64,000 nt of DNA from a virus. Under the pieces are notes generated by a model that saw only the letters and a program-made list of their open reading frames with translations, searched no databases and was not told the DNA's origin. Below are positions 30,980 through 40,920 of the stretch, piece by piece (position 1 is the first letter of the stretch; each line of letters begins with the position of its first letter). The DNA lies in the IMG/VR virus record IMGVR_UViG_3300037247_001890, positions 96,001-160,000 of that record; one strand, written 5' to 3'. Position numbers and translations under genes: made by a program.

Positions 30980-33676
30980 ATGGATATAGAAACACTTAAC
31001 AAATTATTTGTTAATCGCAAAGACGTATATGCTATTCAGAAACCAGACGGCAGTTATTTCCAAAGTGGTACGCCGCTAAGCGACGCGATTTTAGCCACAC
31101 ATTTAAAAGGAAAGCAAACTGTAGGAGTCTATCATTTAGATAAACAAGATGCGGTAAAATTTTCTTGTATAGATATTGATATTAATAAAACAGTCTGGAG
31201 CAAAAAAGATTATGACTTCGATGATTGGAAAGATTTAATATATAAACAAATTAGTGTTATAAAGAATAGATTAGCAAAATATGGAATCACGGGTTATGCA
31301 GAAATATCTGGTATGAAAGGCGCCCACGTATGGTATTTTTTTAGCAATCCTATACCGGCTGGTACCGCAAGAGACGTCAATCAAGTTATTTTCAGTAATG
31401 TTCCTATAGTCGATAAGAATCTTCATCTTGAGCTTTTTCCCAAACAAGATAGCATTGGAGATGGAGGTTACGGAAATCTGATTAAATTGCCATGTGGTAT
31501 GCATCAATTATCGAAAAATTTTTCTCATTTTATGGATGATGTCTTAAAAGATATCAATTATGTAGATCACGCTACTATACAAAAAGTAGTTAATCCTATA
31601 GATGCTATTTTTTTAAATTGTGCTGTAATGGGTGATATAAAAAAACAAGCCGCACTCGGGCATTTGAATCACAGCCAAAGATTAACATTGGGATATATAT
31701 TATTAAATGTTCCTGGTGGAGAGGTGGAGCTGAGAAATCTCATAAAACTACAAGATGATTATGATGAAGGAAGAACAAACTATTTTATAGGAAAATTAAA
31801 ACAACGACATTACAAAGCTATAAATTGTCAAAAACTACAATCTGCAGAGATGGATTATATGTGCCCGGGCCCATGTACGAAGATACGAGGAGGCAAAAAT
31901 CCTACTGTATTTTTTCATCGACATTCAGGAGGATCAGGAAACATTGGTAATGGTGCCAATAACCTGTTAGATTATAAATCTAGAATAGAAATTTATGAAA
32001 AACAAGGAACAGAATTCTTATATAGACCCGATGGAAAAGATCAATATAGACAATTATCAAGTTTTATAATTAATATTACTGATACAACTATACATGATGA
32101 TGGCGAAACAGTAAAAACAACATCTAAGGGACAGCTCGTTAAAGGAGACGAAAGTTATCCTTTCGAAATTAGTAGCAAAGATTTAGGCAACCCAGACAAA
32201 TTGAGATCAGAAATTTATAATGTAGCAGGTAATGAGGGTATTTTCGTTGAGAATTACAATCATTTTATAAACGCTGTCAATAAATTTACCAAAGCAAACA
32301 CAACTGTAATAAAGGAATCTTTTGGATACGAGGGTACAGAAAAAGATCCTCATCAAAGATATATAAGTCCCTCCGTCGTAGTCGATAGTAAAAGCGTGAG
32401 AAAAAACACAGAAATTATTGTTGATTTAAGCAATAGAGGTTCTGCTCAATGGCTTGATTTATCTATTATAGAAGACCCAAAAGAAGAAAAGGCTTTGATA
32501 AAACACATTAATGATGACCTCTTAAATCTAACTGAGTTTGGAATAACGCACGCCTTATTAGGACATACTTTTTCTCCCATAATAGAACCATGGCTATATA
32601 AAAATGATCGTACAAGATACATACTCTTTATAAGAGGAAGTTCTGGAGAAGGTAAATCTTTTATAGCACAAACTATGCAACATTTCTACGGAAAACATTT
32701 TGGAAGATTTGAATCATGGGCATCCACAACCAACAGTTTGGAAACCGCTGGGTTTAATTACAAAGATGTCATATTTCTTATTGATGATTGGAAACGTGGA
32801 AATATAAAAGATCACAGGGGAGCTTTAGGTATTTTACAGAGCTATGCGGATAGAAGCGCCAGAACTCGTCTGAGTAAAGATGCGGAACTTAAAAAAGCAA
32901 AACCAATGCGTGGATCACTTTTGATAACTGGTGAAGATTTAGCTGAGGGCCAAAGTTCAGTCATGGCTCGTACTATTACACTTGATTATACACAACCAGT
33001 GAAGAATATAAATGCTGGTTTAAAAATATTAGATATGAGGCAACATTATAGTGCAATAACTGCAAAATATATTCATCACGTATTAAATTATCCGGATAAA
33101 GAAAACGTATATCATGATTTTCAAAGAAAATTACATGAAGAATTCTATAAATATACAATAGGAAAACATAATGATATTCGGATTGCAAGAAATATGTCTT
33201 TACTTTATACTTCGTATCACTTTTTCGCAGAATGGTTCTGGAATGCAGGGCAAGCAGCAATTTATCAAGACCAATTTAAACAATACTTAATCGATCAAGT
33301 AGATAATCTTATTCGGTTAACCGCAATTCAAAGACCTGCCGAAAAATTCTGGTTTACTTTAAGAGACCTTATTGCTACAGGAAAATTGAGATTACAAAGC
33401 AGTTCAGATGTTGATTTAGACAAAACAATAAGATTAATTCCTATAATAGGGTTCTACGGAACTGGTGGTGAGGATTATTTAATTATGGACACTGCACTAA
33501 GAGAAGTTGAAAAATACCTTCGTAGTGCTGGTGAGAGTCTAGAATTTTCTAAAATTACAATCATAGAGGATCTATATAAAGGACAATACATCAAAAATCC
33601 TGCTCCAATTAAAAAATCATTTAACAATCAATTAATGTATGTCTACCCGGTAGACAAAAGTAAATTATTAAAATGA
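30980..33676 (+). CDS. AEP-family primase fused to a PriL-like Cys domain and a DUF927/SF3-like helicase
   Basis: CIDID, SGMKGAHVW, ELFPKQ, GNLIKLP; C...HLNH.QRL...C...CPGPC; GSSGEGKS, LIDD, ITGE. Confidence 0.85.
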   Translation: MDIETLNKLFVNRKDVYAIQKPDGSYFQSGTPLSDAILATHLKGKQTVGVYHLDKQDAVKFSCIDIDINKTVWSKKDYDFDDWKDLIYKQISVIKNRLAKYGITGYAEISGMKGAHVWYFFSNPIPAGTARDVNQVIFSNVPIVDKNLHLELFPKQDSIGDGGYGNLIKLPCGMHQLSKNFSHFMDDVLKDINYVDHATIQKVVNPIDAIFLNCAVMGDIKKQAALGHLNHSQRLTLGYILLNVPGGEVELRNLIKLQDDYDEGRTNYFIGKLKQRHYKAINCQKLQSAEMDYMCPGPCTKIRGGKNPTVFFHRHSGGSGNIGNGANNLLDYKSRIEIYEKQGTEFLYRPDGKDQYRQLSSFIINITDTTIHDDGETVKTTSKGQLVKGDESYPFEISSKDLGNPDKLRSEIYNVAGNEGIFVENYNHFINAVNKFTKANTTVIKESFGYEGTEKDPHQRYISPSVVVDSKSVRKNTEIIVDLSNRGSAQWLDLSIIEDPKEEKALIKHINDDLLNLTEFGITHALLGHTFSPIIEPWLYKNDRTRYILFIRGSSGEGKSFIAQTMQHFYGKHFGRFESWASTTNSLETAGFNYKDVIFLIDDWKRGNIKDHRGALGILQSYADRSARTRLSKDAELKKAKPMRGSLLITGEDLAEGQSSVMARTITLDYTQPVKNINAGLKILDMRQHYSAITAKYIHHVLNYPDKENVYHDFQRKLHEEFYKYTIGKHNDIRIARNMSLLYTSYHFFAEWFWNAGQAAIYQDQFKQYLIDQVDNLIRLTAIQRPAEKFWFTLRDLIATGKLRLQSSSDVDLDKTIRLIPIIGFYGTGGEDYLIMDTALREVEKYLRSAGESLEFSKITIIEDLYKGQYIKNPAPIKKSFNNQLMYVYPVDKSKLLK

Positions 33677-34329
33677 ATGAAGATTTAGAAAAAAAGTGTG
33701 AAGAAATTCAAAAAAACAATGATGACCTTCTAGATATAAAAAAAATTATAGAAGATTTAGAAAAACGACAGGCACCATCTAGAAATCCATCACAGCAATT
33801 GCAAAAAGTTAGTATGGCAGCGAAACTGCTAAATACGGAAGACATTGAAAAATGTGTTCTTACCGAGCCAACCAGGTCAGAAGTTACAACAATAACTACA
33901 AAAATACATTCTTTCGATAAACCTGTATTTATAACAATGCCTGGGAGTAAGGTATACACCATATTCGGAAAAATTCCAACAATAAGAACTCCCGAAATAT
34001 CAGCAGAAGATATGGAAATACACATCATGAATGATAAAGAAATGGCTTATAGTGTATATTCAGATCTCGACATCGATGATTTTGCTGATATTAGCGAATA
34101 CAAATCTATGCCTCCTGATGGAGTTTTTGTTATTTGTGGTAAAAATTTTGGAACAAGAAAGCTAGACGCGTTAGCATCTATCCTTTTAAAGTTAGATGTA
34201 AATCAAATTATTGTACAGAAATATTCTTATAATAAAAACAACAAGAGTGCCCAATGGGTGCCAGAATATAATAAACAAATGACTAAATTAGAGCACTATA
34301 TTTATAAATTTTTGAGGAAAAATGACTGA
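33673..34329 (+). CDS. Hypothetical protein
   Basis: 218 aa, ATGA overlap with the primase gene. Confidence 0.6.
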   Translation: MNEDLEKKCEEIQKNNDDLLDIKKIIEDLEKRQAPSRNPSQQLQKVSMAAKLLNTEDIEKCVLTEPTRSEVTTITTKIHSFDKPVFITMPGSKVYTIFGKIPTIRTPEISAEDMEIHIMNDKEMAYSVYSDLDIDDFADISEYKSMPPDGVFVICGKNFGTRKLDALASILLKLDVNQIIVQKYSYNKNNKSAQWVPEYNKQMTKLEHYIYKFLRKND

Positions 34330-34792
34330 CAAAAAAGAAGCTCTCGCAGAAAGTTCTACTTCAAAAGAGGTAGAATTCATTACCCCTGAAGAAATTTGGG
34401 CCAAAAACGAATTTATTTTTGTGGCCAAAAAAACTACCATTGAGGTAAAAATTTACAAGATAGACGGTATTACCATCGAAGAAAAAGAATCTGATATGAA
34501 AGTTACAGATTTTGATGTCTATTTTCCAAAACCATCCGAGATTCTATATTTTGTTTTAGATGAGGTGGTTGTTTTATTTGGAAAGGACTTTACTGATGAA
34601 AGTCTTTCCACATTAGTTGGTATTTTAAACAAATTGGATAATATGGTAGTTAACATCTTAAAACCTTCCATAAAAAATGAGCCAGACTGGTTTGCAGACT
34701 ACGAAAAACGTCTTGTGACAGTAGCACAAAACATGGAAACTTTTCTTGGACATGATGTTGACGAGAATCCGGATAAAGAAAAAGAAGCCTAA
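34322..34792 (+). CDS. Hypothetical protein
   Basis: 156-aa acidic ORF in the operon. Confidence 0.6.
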   Translation: MTDKKEALAESSTSKEVEFITPEEIWAKNEFIFVAKKTTIEVKIYKIDGITIEEKESDMKVTDFDVYFPKPSEILYFVLDEVVVLFGKDFTDESLSTLVGILNKLDNMVVNILKPSIKNEPDWFADYEKRLVTVAQNMETFLGHDVDENPDKEKEA

Positions 34793-35082
34793 TGAATTTT
34801 ACGCTTTATATAGGGAGACCTATAGTATTAATAACGAATGAAGTTAATACTCAGAAAGAATTAGAAAATATTAATCTTCCAGGTATTACCTACTTAATGC
34901 ACAGTATCGGCTTCCCAAGAATGAATGTAACAGGCGGCAAGTTCTGCATTGTGCGGAACTTGGTGCCGGAAGATCTTGAGGATGAAGATTTTTTCATATA
35001 TTTAAAAAATATGTGGAAAACCGAAACATTCATTGATCAATACTTACGAACATGCATCGTCATGAAGGAAATATCAACATAG
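34792..35082 (+). CDS. Hypothetical protein
   Basis: TAATG coupling with the previous gene. Confidence 0.55.
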   Translation: MNFTLYIGRPIVLITNEVNTQKELENINLPGITYLMHSIGFPRMNVTGGKFCIVRNLVPEDLEDEDFFIYLKNMWKTETFIDQYLRTCIVMKEIST

Positions 35083-35106
35083 ATTATTAATTTAGATAAA
35101 AAGAGA

Positions 35107-35481
35107 ATGATGAAAAAGAAAAATCAGAAAAGAACGGCTGCTAGAACAGTGATAAAAGCACTGTCAATGCATTACACTAAAGATAAAACAATTATCAGTG
35201 TTGTATACAAACACACTGAGCATACTAGAAATGTTAATCCAAAAGGTAAAACCAACACACTTGGTGATATAACAAATTACACTTTATTGGATCGGGTGCG
35301 TATTCCGAGATTGCAACCAGAGATGGCAAATGAAACGCGCAGAATAATTGATATTTTATCTTATTTAGAAGCGGCCGATATTTCTAAATATTATCAACAG
35401 GTTGATTGGCGGCAAGCTGTCGCATTAAAAGCGTGGCGTACAAGACGCGGACAGGGAAAGCCAATCATACAAGTCACATAA
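35107..35481 (+). CDS. Basic hypothetical protein
   Basis: 124-aa ORF. Confidence 0.55.
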   Translation: MMKKKNQKRTAARTVIKALSMHYTKDKTIISVVYKHTEHTRNVNPKGKTNTLGDITNYTLLDRVRIPRLQPEMANETRRIIDILSYLEAADISKYYQQVDWRQAVALKAWRTRRGQGKPIIQVT

Positions 35482-35487
35482 AAATGA

Positions 35488-36237
35488 ATGAATATACTAC
35501 CTATAGCAAGTTCTTCGTCTGGTAATTGTACTTATATTTCGACAAACGACGCTCACATTTTAATTGATGTGGGTGTCGCTGTCAAAAAGATAATACAAAA
35601 TACAGGACGTACAGAATTCGATGCGATTATAATTTCACACGAGCATTCCGATCATATAAAATCAGCTGGACCAGCGGGTAGAAAATTTGAATGCCCAGTC
35701 TATATGCATGAGTGGAGCTATAACGCCAGACAAGATAAATTTTACAATGTAAATATGATAGATCTAAAACCTTCTGATGTATTAAAATTCGGAGATTTGG
35801 AAATAAAAACATTTAGTACCAAACATGACGCAAAATATACATTTGGGTTTTTAATAAAAGATACAACATATAATAAAACATTGTGTTATGTCACAGATAC
35901 CGGAATCATAACTCCGTTAATGCGACAGTACATGATAGGCGCAGATGCCTACTTAATAGAAACAGATTACGATGTCCAGATGTTAAAGGATTACGAGGAT
36001 TATTCAGATCTTTTAAAAGATCGAATAGCCTCTGCTTATGGGCACTTAAGTACTAATGATGCTTTAGATGGTTTAGAAAAAATAGGAATAGATAAAACAT
36101 CATTTGTAATTTTTGCTCATCTATCGGATAGGACTAACAGACCAGATATAGTTTTAAAAGCAGCAAAAACCAAATTTCCAAATTATGATGGCAATTTTTA
36201 TATTGCTCCAACTTTGGATCCAATAGAATTAAAATGA
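35488..36237 (+). CDS. Metallo-beta-lactamase-fold hydrolase (YycJ/WalJ-like nuclease)
   Basis: ASSSSGNC, ILIDVG, SHEHSDH, KHDA, TDTG, GHLS, AHLS. Confidence 0.9.
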   Translation: MNILPIASSSSGNCTYISTNDAHILIDVGVAVKKIIQNTGRTEFDAIIISHEHSDHIKSAGPAGRKFECPVYMHEWSYNARQDKFYNVNMIDLKPSDVLKFGDLEIKTFSTKHDAKYTFGFLIKDTTYNKTLCYVTDTGIITPLMRQYMIGADAYLIETDYDVQMLKDYEDYSDLLKDRIASAYGHLSTNDALDGLEKIGIDKTSFVIFAHLSDRTNRPDIVLKAAKTKFPNYDGNFYIAPTLDPIELK

Positions 36238-36569
36238 AAATAACGACATATCATAAGAGAGTTTGGAAAGTTAATCACGAAGAAGCCATTCCCGCTGAAA
36301 CTGTTAGACGCTTTGGCAAAGGAACAATGGTAGCCTATAATATAGAGAGTGATTATGTAGCCATTATATATTCAGAAACTGAAAAAAAAATGGAACTCCA
36401 TGTCGGCTATAGAGTTGACGCCGAAAAAACTATTCCAAATATAATAGGACTCGCAGTAAAACTTGAAGTAAAACAAATAGAACTTACAAAATGCGAATTA
36501 CTGAAACACTTAAAAATTTGGGATCACCACATTCAAGTAGTTAATAAAATGCTTGAAAAGGTAGAATAA
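36234..36569 (+). CDS. Hypothetical protein
   Basis: ATGA overlap with the previous gene. Confidence 0.55.
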   Translation: MKITTYHKRVWKVNHEEAIPAETVRRFGKGTMVAYNIESDYVAIIYSETEKKMELHVGYRVDAEKTIPNIIGLAVKLEVKQIELTKCELLKHLKIWDHHIQVVNKMLEKVE

Positions 36570-36600
36570 TCTCAGTATATTAATATCAACCAGGACATTT

Positions 36601-37317
36601 ATGGATAACATCATTGTGTGGGATATTGAAACAATTCCACAAGTTTCACCTTTTAGTGAAATACAAAAAGAAAAAATGGCTAACAAAATAGAGTATTATG
36701 TGGAAAAAGGCCAAGATCCAAAAGAGGCTGAGAGACTAGTTGCAGCTACGAATCCATTTTATGGGCAAGTCATTTGCATATCTATGTATGAAGTTTCAAA
36801 CAGATATCTCACTGGAAATAAAGTAACATTAGTAGCTTCTTCAAAAACACTGGCCAATGGTCTATTAGATCCAGAGGAAAAAAATCTTTTAGATGACTTT
36901 TGGGAATACATCAAAGGTTTTAAAGGAACCTTTGTAGGGTTTAATAGTCTTAGATTTGATACATGGTTTGTACAAGTCAGATCTATGAAGCATCAGGTAA
37001 TTGCTACAAATCAGGATTTTCTTGATTTTAGATTATATCAAAACTACCCACATTATGACATAATGCAACACATGTCTAACTGGACATTTTCATTACGGCC
37101 ATCTTTGGCGTTAGCATGCGACTTCTTCAACATACCATCACCGAAAGATGGCGAAGTGCAAGCAAACACCGTGGCAGAAGCTTATCAACAAGGAAAAATT
37201 AAAGAGATAGCAGAATATGCTATGAAAGATGTTGAGGCAACTTATAAAATCTACAAAATCACCAAAAACTATCTTAAAAGGCCAAACGGAAACTGGAATA
37301 AGAACAAAGATCGGTAG
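36601..37317 (+). CDS. Stand-alone PolB-type 3'-5' exonuclease (DEDDy)
   Basis: WDIETIP, GFNSLRFD, HYDIM, YAMKDV. Confidence 0.85.
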   Translation: MDNIIVWDIETIPQVSPFSEIQKEKMANKIEYYVEKGQDPKEAERLVAATNPFYGQVICISMYEVSNRYLTGNKVTLVASSKTLANGLLDPEEKNLLDDFWEYIKGFKGTFVGFNSLRFDTWFVQVRSMKHQVIATNQDFLDFRLYQNYPHYDIMQHMSNWTFSLRPSLALACDFFNIPSPKDGEVQANTVAEAYQQGKIKEIAEYAMKDVEATYKIYKITKNYLKRPNGNWNKNKDR

Positions 37318-37576
37318 AACTTTTCTTACAATAGATTGGGATACAAGACAATGGATTTACCAATTCGGTAAAACAGGCCCACTATATTTGACTAGTATGG
37401 AAAGTATATATAATCAATTAACTGACGATATGGCCAAATATAAAAAAGCACCTATAGATGTCAAAAAATTGAAACAGACACTGGTGTTGGCAAAACAAGA
37501 AATGCTAAAAATAATAGACGATGTAGGGAGAAAACTGGATGACCAGAGACGCCTACAAGAACCAATAAAAAAATAA
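37229..37576 (+). CDS. Hypothetical protein (true start uncertain)
   Basis: Fills the gap before the AAA gene; its 5' part overlaps the exonuclease. Confidence 0.45.
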   Translation: MLRQLIKSTKSPKTILKGQTETGIRTKIGRTFLTIDWDTRQWIYQFGKTGPLYLTSMESIYNQLTDDMAKYKKAPIDVKKLKQTLVLAKQEMLKIIDDVGRKLDDQRRLQEPIKK

Positions 37577-38512
37577 ATGAGTTTATTTTTAAAGGCTGAG
37601 GCTAAAGCAAACCGCCTCAAAATGTACGTGTATGGACCGTCAGGGTCAGGGAAAACAGTAACTTCCTTGCACTTCCCTACCCCGGCAGTGATAGACACAG
37701 AAAAAGGAACCAATTTCTACGGAGATAAGTTCGATTTCTTTCGTATACAAACACAAGACCACGAAATAGTTGGACAAGCTGTAGATGAGCTATTAGAAGA
37801 TCCAAAAGATTTCAAAACACTCGTAATAGATCCAATCAGACGGATTGACGATAGTATAGTTTTAAGACAATTGAAAAGAATGCGTGTAAAGAAAGATAAT
37901 CCTTCCTATACTTTGGCACCATTGGATTACAAAGTAATTAAAGAAGAACGCAACATTCTTTTCAGAAAAATACTTTCATTGGATATGAATATCATCCTCA
38001 CTGCTCCTACGAAAACCCAATATTCCGAGGACGAAGGAGATTTCATGAAAGTAATCGGCGTACAGCCAGACGGCCCCAAAGATATGCCTTATCTCGTAGA
38101 TATTGTATTAAGATTAGAAGTAGATGCAGAAAATGTGAGATGGGCTATTGTTGAAAAAGACAGAAGTAATCGTCTGCCGGAACGCTTCGAATTCAGTTAT
38201 GCTTCCTTTGTAAAATATCTGGGTGTAGATGGACTGGAAAGAGAAGCAGTACAATTTGACCAGCAAACTTCATTCAATGAAGCAGCAGGTCGCAATAAAG
38301 AAGTGGTATTCCAGGGAACCACTATAAACACAGCTGGTATTACTAGCTTTCAATTAGAGGAACTACAAAAAGTAATTGAACCTCTTGATGAAGCAGCAGT
38401 AAACCACAAACTTCTGGATGATTATGCTGTAACAAGTGCTCTTGACTTAAGAGAAGATGAAGCGGCATTATTCATTAAATCAATACAAGAAGAAACCAAT
38501 GATAACGAATGA
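37577..38512 (+). CDS. AAA_24/Sak4-like recombination ATPase
   Basis: YGPSGSGKT, VIDTEKG, TLVID, YLVDIVLRL, EKDRS. Confidence 0.8.
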   Translation: MSLFLKAEAKANRLKMYVYGPSGSGKTVTSLHFPTPAVIDTEKGTNFYGDKFDFFRIQTQDHEIVGQAVDELLEDPKDFKTLVIDPIRRIDDSIVLRQLKRMRVKKDNPSYTLAPLDYKVIKEERNILFRKILSLDMNIILTAPTKTQYSEDEGDFMKVIGVQPDGPKDMPYLVDIVLRLEVDAENVRWAIVEKDRSNRLPERFEFSYASFVKYLGVDGLEREAVQFDQQTSFNEAAGRNKEVVFQGTTINTAGITSFQLEELQKVIEPLDEAAVNHKLLDDYAVTSALDLREDEAALFIKSIQEETNDNE

Positions 38513-38970
38513 TAGATTTTACTAAAGTTGATACTGGTAGTATCAAATCTGCTTTGCCTGAAGGATGGTATACTGTTCAAGCAGCTAAAGCTGATTTACG
38601 AGAATCTAAAAATGGACCAAAGACTATGATTAACACGGAATTCAACATTCTGTCTCCTGTAAAATATGATAAAAGAAAAGTATGGACTAATTTTAATCTT
38701 GGTACTAATTCCCTTTGGGCATTAAAAACATTTTTGGAAAAAGCAAATTCTGATTTACTTAATAAAGGCGATGTCAATGAGGAAACTATCGCAGCCGGCA
38801 TGCCAGGACTAGTTTGTCAGGCATATCTTGAACCAGACACATCACCTAGCGGCGATCCAAGAAATAGAATTACAAATTGGAAAGAAAGCGAAACAGTTGA
38901 CGCTGAGTCAAGACCATCTGCAGAAGCTCAACCTGCAGAAACTCAACCTAAAAGTCCCTTATTCAAGTAA
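38509..38970 (+). CDS. DUF669-like single-stranded DNA-binding protein
   Basis: LPEGWYTV...SKNG..MIN.EF...RKVW; follows the Sak4-like gene; flexible C-terminal tail. Confidence 0.7.
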   Translation: MIDFTKVDTGSIKSALPEGWYTVQAAKADLRESKNGPKTMINTEFNILSPVKYDKRKVWTNFNLGTNSLWALKTFLEKANSDLLNKGDVNEETIAAGMPGLVCQAYLEPDTSPSGDPRNRITNWKESETVDAESRPSAEAQPAETQPKSPLFK

Positions 38971-38977
38971 TATTTAT

Positions 38978-39024
38978 AGTTCGGTTATGGGCGGACTTTC
39001 GTCCTAACCGGACTTTTTATTTTT
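38978..39024 (+). terminator. Intrinsic terminator
   Basis: agttcggtta...taaccggact stem followed by a T-run. Confidence 0.7.
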
Positions 39025-39041
39025 AAAGGAGAAACATAAAC

Positions 39042-39722
39042 ATGAATTATACAAAAGAAGACCTCGAGGGAAAAGTAAGAAAAGAACTCGTAGAAATTGC
39101 CAAAGACTTAAATCTTACCACCTCTGGCAATAGGACTGATTTAATCAACCGAATTTTCGACCATAAACCATCATTTGAGGATATGATATCGAGTGCGCCT
39201 GTGTCCAAAGATGGGGATATAAACATTTCTATTGAAGAAAAACCTAATCTACCCGACGATGAAGTTGATATAGGAGTAGAAGTAAATGATGCATATCCAG
39301 ATGAAGAACCCGAAGGTGCTACCACTGAAGAGTTATCTCATGCAGAACCTGAAGCTGAAGATAAAGAACCCGAAGCTGAAGATAAAATTGAAAAAGCAAC
39401 AGTAATAACAGCACCTCCTATAGAAGTTGCAGAAACTGCAAAAACTCCAGAAGGAATGGTTCCGGAAAATACGGCACAAGACATTTTAAAAGGCTGGAGA
39501 AATACCATACAGGCTTTTTATACAAGAAATGTGAGTGGTATAGCACCTTCTCGACCATCTTCCGCGGAATTTGTCGCAGAACAATTAGGGCGCACCATAG
39601 CAATCCCAATTCTAAAAAACTGGCAAGCTACTATCATAGCACAATTGCGACCAACACGTGGTTTAGCACCAGGACCACCAAAGTCTGTAAAAGACGTAAT
39701 TCAAATAATTAAAAGTTTGTAA
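39042..39722 (+). CDS. Rho-N/SAP-like HeH domain protein with acidic linker and duplicated C-terminal unit
   Basis: EDLEGKVRKELVEIAKDLNLTTSGNRTDLINRI; EPEAEDK x2. Confidence 0.65.
   Translation: MNYTKEDLEGKVRKELVEIAKDLNLTTSGNRTDLINRIFDHKPSFEDMISSAPVSKDGDINISIEEKPNLPDDEVDIGVEVNDAYPDEEPEGATTEELSHAEPEAEDKEPEAEDKIEKATVITAPPIEVAETAKTPEGMVPENTAQDILKGWRNTIQAFYTRNVSGIAPSRPSSAEFVAEQLGRTIAIPILKNWQATIIAQLRPTRGLAPGPPKSVKDVIQIIKSL
39345..39386 (+). repeat. 21-nt tandem duplication (EPEAEDK x2)
   Basis: gaacctgaagctgaagataaa / gaacccgaagctgaagataaa. Confidence 0.9.
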
Positions 39723-39739
39723 TTCTTAGGAATTAACGA

Positions 39740-40282
39740 ATGACTCAAAAGCTTTATATTCCTATAGGAATACCGGCTTCCGGAAAAACAACTTATTGGA
39801 ACGACCATTTTGATAAGGAACAGGTATTGAGATTATCACGTGATGATATCAATACTATGTTATCTGGTCCTGTTTTTACACAAAACATTAATAGCGTTAT
39901 AAAAGATTCTGAAAATGTTATATTAGAATCGGCTCTTGAAGCTGGTTTTAGTATTTATATTGATAGAGTTAATTTAACTCCTAAATCCAGGAAAAGATTT
40001 ATTAATAAAGCAAAAAGTATAAAACCAAAGTTGTATGTTGTTGGATTATATTTTAAACCTGATTTGAAAAAATCAGTTCTTAGAAACGATAGTAGGACTG
40101 ATAAAACGCTTGACCAAAGGGAAAAATTAGAAGAATTTATTCCGGAAGCAAAACGTATATTAACAGAACCTTCATTTGATGAAAGTTTTGATGAAATCCA
40201 TTTTATAAAACCAGATGGGACAACAGACCGAGTGGAAAAAGTTCGAGAACTCGATCAAGAAGACAAATTACAAGTATCGTAA
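39740..40282 (+). CDS. AAA_33/polynucleotide-kinase-like P-loop kinase
   Basis: IGIPASGKTT, LSRDDI, IDRVNLT..SR, RN..R, PSFDESFD. Confidence 0.8.
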   Translation: MTQKLYIPIGIPASGKTTYWNDHFDKEQVLRLSRDDINTMLSGPVFTQNINSVIKDSENVILESALEAGFSIYIDRVNLTPKSRKRFINKAKSIKPKLYVVGLYFKPDLKKSVLRNDSRTDKTLDQREKLEEFIPEAKRILTEPSFDESFDEIHFIKPDGTTDRVEKVRELDQEDKLQVS

Positions 40283-40700
40283 AGATACATTAGCAGTTAT
40301 CGAGTATCACGAAATACCAGTAAAAGGAAACATCCTGAAACAATCAACAGTTGATTTCACAGGGGTGTATGGACCAAATGGCAAAGGAATAGCATTTGAT
40401 GCGAAACAGACAGGGGAAGCTAAACGTTTCCCCTTGTCTAATATGAAACAACATCAAGTGGAATTCCTACGCTATTGGGATATCGTGGGCGGAGAAGCTT
40501 ACGTATTTATTCAATTTTATAACGTCCAAGGTTTTGAAGAATTCTATATGGCACCAATATCATTAATAACAAATTATTGGGACAAACGAGGCGGAGGACG
40601 CAAATCAATTCCGATAGAAGACTTCAAAGATATTTGGAAAAGACAAACAAAAGATTATTTAAAATTATATGAAAACAATAATAGTGCTAACGGGAAGTAA
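40215..40700 (+). CDS. recU: RecU Holliday junction resolvase
   Basis: STVDFTGV...AFDAKQT...FPLSNMKQHQVEFL...GGRKSIP. Confidence 0.85.
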   Translation: MGQQTEWKKFENSIKKTNYKYRKDTLAVIEYHEIPVKGNILKQSTVDFTGVYGPNGKGIAFDAKQTGEAKRFPLSNMKQHQVEFLRYWDIVGGEAYVFIQFYNVQGFEEFYMAPISLITNYWDKRGGGRKSIPIEDFKDIWKRQTKDYLKLYENNNSANGK

Positions 40701-40920
40701 GTCATTACTTGGACAAACAGAAGATCCTAATGCTAGACCATTGATTCTTCTCCCCATAGAGAATGCTTTATCAGATGATGAGGCAGAAATAATTGAAAGA
40801 AATACAGGAGTCATAGTTATGCCTATTCATTATCCTCACCACATTAAAGATAGTGTAGTAGGTGGAATCATAGATATATCAGACCCTCCTGCCAACCCAT
40901 TACCAAAAGATGAGCAATAA
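40669..40920 (+). CDS. Hypothetical protein
   Basis: 83-aa ORF in the operon. Confidence 0.5.
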   Translation: MKTIIVLTGSKSLLGQTEDPNARPLILLPIENALSDDEAEIIERNTGVIVMPIHYPHHIKDSVVGGIIDISDPPANPLPKDEQ

